64,000 nucleotides of DNA from an uncultured Verrucomicrobiae bacterium (GTDB lineage: Bacteria > Verrucomicrobiota > Verrucomicrobiia > Chthoniobacterales > UBA10450). The translations under genes and the position numbers were made by a program. The DNA lies in the NCBI GenBank assembly GCA_963791565.1, contig CAWBSX010000004.1, positions 372,601-436,600 on the forward strand, read 5' to 3'. Of the stretch, positions 60,164 to 64,000 are shown in pieces. Under the pieces are notes generated by a model that saw only the letters and a program-made list of their open reading frames with translations, did no database searches and was not told the origin of the DNA. Position 1 is the stretch's first letter. Each line of letters opens with the position of its first letter.

Positions 60164-62970
60164 CTTCGATCGAAAAGAAATTGCGGACCGCAGATTGCGA
60201 TGTCGCCTTCGACAATCTTACGCGCCAACTCTTCGCCAGCGATGCCTCCTTATATCAAATCGAACCGCTCGGCGTCGCATATCCGCGCAGTCCGCAGCAG
60301 GCGCGCTCGATCATAACTACCGCGGCCGAGGCCGGCATCTCCGTCATTCCGCGCGGCGCCGGCAGCGGACTTTCTGGCGGCGCGATTGGCGATGGATTGA
60401 TCGTCGATTTCTCGCGCTTCAATCGCGAGATCAGTGCGTTTGATTTGGAGAAACGAACGGTGCGCATCGGTGCCGGCGTCGTGCTCGATCAACTCAACGC
60501 CTTCTTGAAGCCACACGGCTTTTGTTTTGGTCCGGACGTAGCGACGAGTTCGCGCGCCACGCTCGGCGGCATGATCGCGAACAATTCTTCCGGCGCGCGT
60601 GTGCCGGTTTACGGCACGACGGCTGATCATGTCGTCGCGCTCGAAGTGGTCCTGGCTGATGGCCGGATTGAAAACATTTCGACGAACAACCACTCGTTAG
60701 GCGCGGAACACCAATTCATCGCGCAGCTCGTGCAGCGTCACGCCGCTGACATCGCGGAATGGATGCCGCCGGGAATGTTGAAACGCTGGAGCGGCTATGG
60801 GCTCGCGCGTTTTCTTAATGAGCCGAACGACTTAACGGAGATCTTTTCGGCGAGTGAAGGAACGCTCGGCGCGATTTGTTCTGCCGAACTCAACATCGTG
60901 CCACTGCCGCGGGAAAAAGGTTTGGGCCTGGTGTTTTTCGCGTCGGTCGCCGAGGCGATGCAAGCGACGGTCGAATTGCTGGACCTCAAGCCATCGGCCA
61001 TCGAGCACATCGACAAGCCACTCTTCGATCAGACGAAGGGTCAGCTTCTTTTCCAGGCCGCGCGCGATTTGATGGAGCTCGATACGAAACCGTGCGAAGC
61101 GATCTTGATCGTCGAATTCTACGAAGATGTCGCCGCGTGCCTAACGACACTCGCATCGAAACAGCTCGGGCTTCGCACCTTGATCTGCAAAAACGCGGCG
61201 GAGATGAATCTCATCTGGGCGATGCGCAAAGCCGGATTGTCGCTCCTGACCGGCCGGGTCGGTCCCGCGAAGCCGGTGGCTTTCATCGAAGATGCCGCCA
61301 TTCCACCGCACAAGCTGCCGGAATACGTCGCGGGCTTGAGATCGCTCATGGATCCGCTCGGTCTCGAGGTTTGTTATTACGGCCACGCCGCCACCGGACT
61401 ATTACACGTGCGGCCGGTGCTCGATCTGCGGCGAGCAGATGACCTGCGGAAGTATCGGCAAATCGCCGACGGAGTTTCAGCACTCGTTAGGCAATTCAAA
61501 GGCTCGCTCGCCGGTGAGCACGGCGTGGGCATCGCGCGGACTGAATACATGCGCGCACAAGTGGGCGACGAATTGTTCGGTGTCATGCGCGAGATCAAGC
61601 GCCTCTTCGATCCGAAGAATCTTTTTAATCCGGGGAAATTGATCGGCGACGGCGAATTCAAAGTCGATTCGCATTTGCGCAGCACCTACACCTCGCATCC
61701 GACGCTGCCGTTTGAACCACGCCTCGCGTTCGCGTTTAAAGATGGTTCGTTCATCGGCAATCTCGAGCAGTGCAATGGCTGCGGCGGGTGTCGCAAAGAT
61801 GCGCCGACGATGTGTCCAACTTTCCTCGCTACCGGTGAGGAATACATGTCGACGCGCGGTCGCGCCAATGCCATCCGCGCCGCGCTGGAATTGCGCACGG
61901 ACAATCATGATCCCCTGCGCGCGCATGAGTTGGAAAAAGCGCTGAGCAACTGTCTTTCGTGCAAAGCTTGCACGACGGAGTGTCCGTCGAACGTCAATCT
62001 GGCATTGCTCAAGGCCGAGCTGCTTTATGCGCGCCACCGACGCGATGGTTTGCCGCTGCGCGAACGAATGCTGAGTGCGGTGGACTTGTTAAGCAAGCTC
62101 GGTTGTCTCGCTCCGCGTCTGGCCAACGCCACGCTGGAAAATCGATTCGTGCGCGGGTTGATGCAGAACTCGTTAGGCATTTCGGCGAAACGACCCTTGC
62201 CGCATTATGCGCGGGAGCGTTTCGATAAATGGTTCGTGAAACATTCGCCGACGAAAACGACGCGAGGGCGTGTGATTCTTTGGGATGACACCTTCGTCCG
62301 CTATCATGAACCGAACATCGGCATCGCCGCCGTAACGGTTCTGGAGTCGTTAGGCTTCGAAGTTGCGCTGGCGAAGAATCGGAAATGCTGCGGACGTCCG
62401 GCGTTCAGTCAGGGAAACATCGATGAAGCCAAACGGCTCGGTCAGCATAATCTCGCGCTGCTGAAGGGATCCGACGCACCGATTCTGTTTCTGGAACCTT
62501 CGTGTTACTCAATGTTCGCGGAAGATTATCGCGAGATGAATTTGACCGACGCGGTGGCCGTTGCGCCACGCGCATTTCTCTTCGAACGATTCGTCGAAGA
62601 CATTCTCGAACGCGAACCGAATGCGTTGCACCTCAAGCAAACCGCGGGACACGTCGCAATCCATGCGCATTGTCACGCCAAAGCGCTGATGAAGCCCGAC
62701 TTTATGAAGCAGCTCGCGCAACGTTTGCCCGGCAGAAAGGTGGAGCTACTCGACACCGGCTGCTGCGGAATGGCGGGCGCATTTGGCGCGCTGGAATCAA
62801 AATACGAATTATCGCTACAAGTGGCGGAACCACTCGTTAGGCAAGTTGAGGCGCAACCGAACGAGACGACAATCGTCGCCTCTGGCACGAGTTGCCGTCA
62901 TCAAATCGAACATCTCACGACCGCCAAGCCGCAGCACATGGCAGAGTTACTGGCCGATGCCTTAGTCTGA
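60160..62970 (+). CDS. FAD-binding (GlcD-like) dehydrogenase fused to a 4Fe-4S / CCG-domain module (YdiJ-like)
   Basis: Start at MTSIEKKL, where the ATG overlaps the upstream TGA. It has an FAD PCMH domain (PRGAGSGLSGGAIG), Fe-S motifs CNGCGGCRKDAPTMCP and CLSCKACTTECP, and CCG motifs CCGRPA and CCGMAG. About 936 aa. Confidence 0.85.
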   Translation: MTSIEKKLRTADCDVAFDNLTRQLFASDASLYQIEPLGVAYPRSPQQARSIITTAAEAGISVIPRGAGSGLSGGAIGDGLIVDFSRFNREISAFDLEKRTVRIGAGVVLDQLNAFLKPHGFCFGPDVATSSRATLGGMIANNSSGARVPVYGTTADHVVALEVVLADGRIENISTNNHSLGAEHQFIAQLVQRHAADIAEWMPPGMLKRWSGYGLARFLNEPNDLTEIFSASEGTLGAICSAELNIVPLPREKGLGLVFFASVAEAMQATVELLDLKPSAIEHIDKPLFDQTKGQLLFQAARDLMELDTKPCEAILIVEFYEDVAACLTTLASKQLGLRTLICKNAAEMNLIWAMRKAGLSLLTGRVGPAKPVAFIEDAAIPPHKLPEYVAGLRSLMDPLGLEVCYYGHAATGLLHVRPVLDLRRADDLRKYRQIADGVSALVRQFKGSLAGEHGVGIARTEYMRAQVGDELFGVMREIKRLFDPKNLFNPGKLIGDGEFKVDSHLRSTYTSHPTLPFEPRLAFAFKDGSFIGNLEQCNGCGGCRKDAPTMCPTFLATGEEYMSTRGRANAIRAALELRTDNHDPLRAHELEKALSNCLSCKACTTECPSNVNLALLKAELLYARHRRDGLPLRERMLSAVDLLSKLGCLAPRLANATLENRFVRGLMQNSLGISAKRPLPHYARERFDKWFVKHSPTKTTRGRVILWDDTFVRYHEPNIGIAAVTVLESLGFEVALAKNRKCCGRPAFSQGNIDEAKRLGQHNLALLKGSDAPILFLEPSCYSMFAEDYREMNLTDAVAVAPRAFLFERFVEDILEREPNALHLKQTAGHVAIHAHCHAKALMKPDFMKQLAQRLPGRKVELLDTGCCGMAGAFGALESKYELSLQVAEPLVRQVEAQPNETTIVASGTSCRHQIEHLTTAKPQHMAELLADALV

Positions 62971-62995
62971 CAATTGTCATCGCCTAACGAGTGAT

Positions 62996-64000
62996 TCAGA
63001 ACGGAATTTTTATTCCGAGATTCTTAACCAGGAACGAAAGTTGATCGGTCACATCTTCGATCACTTTCGAAGTCGGCTTGCCCGCACCATGTCCGGCGCG
63101 TGTTTCGATGCGAATCAAAACCGGGGCTGGTCCGGCTTGATCGGCTTGCAGCGTGGCAGCGAACTTGAAGCTGTGTCCGGGAAAAACGCGGTCGTCGTGA
63201 TCGGCGGTCGAGACCAGAGTGGGCGGATATTTCGTTCCCGGTTTGATGTTATGCAGCGGCGAATATTTGTAGATCGCCTTGAATTGCTCCGGATCATCCG
63301 ACGAGCCGTAGTCGCTCGCCCACGCCCAGCCGATGGTGAATTTCTGGAAACGCAGCATGTCCATCACGCCGACGGCTGGTAACGTCGCGCCCCAGAGATC
63401 GGGACGTTGCGTAAGCGCGGCACCGACCAGCAAACCACCATTGCTGCGTCCGCTGATCGCGAGCTTCGGCGTGGAAGTATATTTGTTCGCGATCAGCCAT
63501 TCGCCGGCGGCGATGAAATCATCGAAGACATTTTGCTTTTGCAATTTCGTTCCAGCGAGATGCCATTCCTCGCCGTACTCGCCGCCGCCGCGCAAATTCG
63601 CGACTGCATAAATACCGCCCATATCGAGCCAGGTGGCCGCGTAGGGTGAGAATGTCGGCACGCTGGAAAGATCGAATCCGCCGTAGCCGTAAAGGATGGT
63701 TGGATTGTTGCCGTTTTTCTTCAGATCTTTGCGATGGGTCAGGAACATCGGCACGCGCGTGCCGTCTTTGCTTTTGTAGAAAACCTGTTCGGTCGTGTAG
63801 TCGTCCGATTTGAAATCGATCTTCGGTTGAAACAGGACGCTGCTCTTACCACTCGTTAGGTCGCAGCGGAAAATCGTCGGCGGCTGCGTGTAGCTGACAT
63901 AACTGTAGAAGGTCTCCTTGTCCTTGCGCTTGCCCGTGAGTCCGCCGGCGGTGCCGAGACCGGGCAAGGCGATTTCGCCCGCGGGTTTGCCCGTGAGATC
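62996..64000 (-). CDS. Prolyl oligopeptidase (S9A), C-terminal catalytic part. The N-terminus lies beyond the right edge.
   Basis: It has GRSNGGLLVGA (nucleophile), DHDDRV and RAGHGAGKP. The frame stays open from the track's TTG at 63967 up to position 64000. Confidence 0.9.
   Translation of the reverse strand, partial: DLTGKPAGEIALPGLGTAGGLTGKRKDKETFYSYVSYTQPPTIFRCDLTSGKSSVLFQPKIDFKSDDYTTEQVFYKSKDGTRVPMFLTHRKDLKKNGNNPTILYGYGGFDLSSVPTFSPYAATWLDMGGIYAVANLRGGGEYGEEWHLAGTKLQKQNVFDDFIAAGEWLIANKYTSTPKLAISGRSNGGLLVGAALTQRPDLWGATLPAVGVMDMLRFQKFTIGWAWASDYGSSDDPEQFKAIYKYSPLHNIKPGTKYPPTLVSTADHDDRVFPGHSFKFAATLQADQAGPAPVLIRIETRAGHGAGKPTSKVIEDVTDQLSFLVKNLGIKIPF

Larger units (their letters stand above)
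643..62991. repeat. Dispersed short-motif family GCCTAACGAG(T) / (A)CTCGTTAGGC. It is not a longer repeat, because the flanks are unrelated.
   Basis: Manual scan. GCCTAACGAG on the + strand starts at 643, 1383, 10482, 10965, 18434, 20697, 20970, 25146, 32955, 33403, 35020, 37390, 41691, 50533, 52192, 52538, 53017, 53209, 56526, 56834, 57272, 57881, 58703, 62982. CTCGTTAGGC on the + strand starts at 2886, 4676, 5226, 5771, 8015, 8294, 12000, 12721, 19424, 19666, 27660, 29817, 31051, 34430, 39752, 45772, 46253, 47040, 50910, 56147, 57765, 60693, 61483, 62169, 62833. There are many one-mismatch variants as well. Confidence 0.9.

Noticed and set aside
62968-62979. A perfect 12-bp palindrome, TGACAATTGTCA, at the stop of the FAD/Fe-S gene.
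   Set aside because: It is too short for a terminator and has no U-tract. It occurs once and may be a chance palindrome or an operator half-site pair. Nothing further supports a function.
643-62991. The 10-mer copies as termini of MITEs or IS elements, or as REP elements.
   Set aside because: Sequence beyond about 11 nt is not conserved between copies. Most copies are single rather than paired inverted repeats. Copies are in frame within conserved protein motifs.

Overview
This is a 64-kb chromosomal segment from a GC-rich, Gram-negative-type bacterium. The gene content includes four tandem ADOP/MacB-like orphan permeases, a PEP-CTERM protein, a sigma-54 activator, a LemA/TPM operon and GT39-like envelope genes. 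That content suggests a soil Verrucomicrobiota- or Acidobacteriota-like lineage, but the taxon is inference only. I can support about 55 protein genes. They cover housekeeping (carB, rpoA-rplQ, glmM, scpB, a DEAD-box helicase, sodC, a cyclophilin), transport, sulfur-transfer enzymes, envelope glycosylation and secreted peptidases. I saw no rRNA, tRNA, CRISPR array, transposase or integrase. Two window-scale anomalies stand out. (1) The 10-mer GCCTAACGAG (usually followed by T) and its reverse complement occur about 49 times exactly by my manual count, plus at least 30 one-mismatch variants. They lie on both strands, in coding and intergenic DNA, often exactly at gene ends, at roughly 1 per 1.3 kb, which resembles a DNA-uptake-sequence-like genomic signature. 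(2) Single-base indels are strongly clustered. carB carries about 17-19 frame changes, kynA about 10, the essential rpoA 2, and four other genes 1 each, while about 10 kb of neighbouring large genes are perfectly intact. All coordinates, counts and frame assignments come from reading the sequence by eye and should be recomputed.
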